Source of the DNA: Gekko japonicus
Lineage: Eukaryota
Direction of reading: 5' to 3'
DNA: 64,000 nt
NCBI RefSeq assembly: GCF_001447785.1
Contig: NW_015173748.1
Span: 139,309 to 203,308, forward strand
Under the pieces are notes generated by a model. The model was given only the letters and a program-made list of their open reading frames with translations, searched no databases and had not been told where the DNA came from. Positions 61,871-64,000 of the stretch are shown piece by piece (position 1 is the stretch's first letter; each line of letters opens with the position of its first letter). The position numbers were made by a program, and so were the translations under genes.

Positions 61871-62682
61871 TACATTTTATAGTAAGGATGAGTACTTCTA
61901 TTTACTTTGAGCAAGATAGGGCAAAAGCAGTCTTCTGACTCTGTTCAGTATTAGGAAGAAAGTTGAAGATGGGGATATAGAAGCATGTTTATCAGGATGG
62001 AGGCGATGGTCTTGACAATAGAGTGCCCAGTATTAAAAATATTTACTTTATTTTTTGGATTTGTATCCTGCCCTCCCTCTAACGGGCTTACTGTGATATG
62101 TTAGATGTCTGTCAGGTATGACTTTGATTTAACTGGCCTTCCTCAAATGCAAGGGGGGGGATGACTCAAATGATCCCTTGAGGTCCCTTTTAAACTTTGT
62201 GTGCTGATAAATTATGTAGTCTTCAATGCTTCAGCAGTAATCTTTTATGTAACTGGATTGCACAGTTACCTGACCGTTTCCTCCTTTTATATTGGAGGAA
62301 AGTTAGCAGTAAATATGTGATAGTTGACTTAATTATGACTGGTTTCTCAGTTCTTGCCGTGTGACTTGAAGCTTTGCACATCTGCCTCGAATTCCTGATC
62401 GTGATAGGGCATAGCACAGAACTACAAATGGCTTTGTGGGCAGCGCTACAAAACTGGCAGCAGCAGGTGGGGTGTTACTGCCACTTTCTTTCATTGGGCC
62501 CTTATGCGTCTTTCATGCGTGTTGCTGTGACCCAAGTTGCATGTGGCTGGGCTATTGAGGTGTGGCTGGTGCTTGTGTTTGCTTTAGCACTGAACCAGTC
62601 CTGGGTTTGGGGCATAATGAAAGGGGGAGATGGCTCTTTGTCCTCCTGTTCCTTACCCTTTCTACTGTCAGTGCTGCCTGTT

Positions 62683-62713
<31 letters not shown>

Positions 62714-63413
62714 CACTTTCTGTCTTGCCGCTGTCACCTCAAGTGAGATGAGAAGCAGCAGCTGTTTGCTGAGCAGACCCTTGGGGGGCAGTTTCCATCT
62801 GATGCTCTGTCAATCCACCGGGTGGATTGGCTGGTCTTGGTCTAGCGTGACTGTCATAATGTTATGCTGTTAACTGTAGAGTGACTTGCATGGCTGCTGA
62901 AGGTTATAATGATGGCAGTGACTTATCCCTATATCAAAGGGGCTTTTATAATTAGGGAGTAATTTTATTAGGGAATAAATTTTAAGCCTCTCCTGGCAGA
63001 ACCTGCCTTAATTAGATTTTGCTCCTTTCTTTGAAAGTTGTCGGCTGTAAAGCAAAGGCATAGCCGAACCTTGCTTTTTCCAGGCTTCAGAAACTTTGGT
63101 TAGCACCAGTGTATTTAGATCATAACTACACTGATGAGTTCTGACCCAGTCACATGTACCTTACCTCAGTTCTAATAGCAGCGTTTAGCGGAGTTTCACC
63201 CCACGTGCTGAGTTCTTTAACCACAAAATCCAAATATCGGGGTTGGAATACATTTTGGAGTTTGCAGGCCCAATGCCATTTGAATAATGTTTCTTCTAGC
63301 CCCACCCTTCCTTGAATGTGTGTGTGGTGAAAGATGCTTGGTAAGCACAAGAGCTAGATCTAATAGTCTGGAGAGAATGGGGAGAGGAAGGAAGACTCAG
63401 GGTAGAGCCATGA

Positions 63414-63699
63414 TTTTTTTTTTGTAAATAATTTTTATTTTTATAACAAACAAACAAAACCAAACAATAATACATACAAACATACAATGGGAGAATCTCT
63501 CCATCTCTTTGAATGATCTATTAGGTTATCTATACATCTCTCAGTAAAAGTATATTTCTACATCTTATAATGTTATATGTAACTTTTGCACATTTATTAT
63601 AGATACTCTCATTGTACACTATTTTAGTTATGTTCAGGCTTCATTTAATGTATTCTTCAATCCATCTGTAAAGTCTTGACCACGTATTTTCAAATTTTT
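63414..63699 (-). mobile_element. L1/Tx1-type LINE 3' fragment with poly(A)
   Basis: Poly(T) on + at 63414-63423 with TTTATT nearby; the - strand ORF ends EKFENTWSRLYRWIEEYIK*. Confidence 0.65.
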
Positions 63700-63727
63700 C
63701 CTGGCAGGGGAGACACCATGATCATGA
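63700..63727 (+). pseudogene. U1 snRNA 5' fragment (nt ~8-35)
   Basis: CCTGGCAGGGGAGACACCATGATCATGA vs recalled U1 CCUGGCAGGGGAGAUACCAUGAUCACGA (26/28). Confidence 0.75.
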
Positions 63728-64000
63728 GAAAGAGACTATTTTAATTTTTCATTAATTAATGAAGTATTTCTGAACTTTCATAAAAATAAATCATTGTCAT
63801 ACCATTTTAAAGAAACTGAAAGAGTTTTTAATTAATAGAGTTGTTAAACTACATGAAATCCAGGCATGGTGCTAATGAGTCTGGAGGCTTACAACGAAAC
63901 ACAGGAAGGAGTATTTAACTGTGAAATCTAAGCTGCAAGCATGCAAATACTGGCTCTTTATTAGTGCAGAGTGAAAACTATTCCTACCCTCTGCTGAATA

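Noticed and set aside
61001-64000. ABL2 downstream exons (DHFASC.../EALHRP... and SH3)
   Set aside because: Not found; presumably beyond the window.
1-64000. CRISPR arrays or prokaryotic operons
   Set aside because: Vertebrate intron/TE landscape; no regularly spaced repeat-spacer array seen.

Overview
Vertebrate genomic DNA, almost certainly squamate (Sauria SINE, BovB, Squam3-like SINEs, SPIN MITE) and plausibly a gecko. A CpG island at ~27.3-28.0 kb holds coding exon 1b of ABL2 (+ strand, MGQQVGRVGE...FNIFTQH). ABL2 intron 1 fills most of the rest of the window and alternative exon 1a lies at 60892-61000. Head-to-head with ABL2 on the - strand is a strongly diverged CEP350-like gene with five well-supported coding exons between 9308 and 19789. 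It carries an in-frame ~83-aa tandem duplication inside its largest exon and appears to stop after the exon-9 homologue, so it may be a truncated, fast-evolving duplicate driven by the ABL2 promoter. The remainder is transposon-rich: BovB, CR1, L2, RTE-X-like and L1 LINEs, Penelope elements with hammerhead-ribozyme cores, Gypsy remnants and solo LTRs, hAT/Harbinger MITEs, and tRNA- and 5S-derived SINEs. There are two assembly gaps. All family and gene assignments are from recalled sequence knowledge, not database searches.
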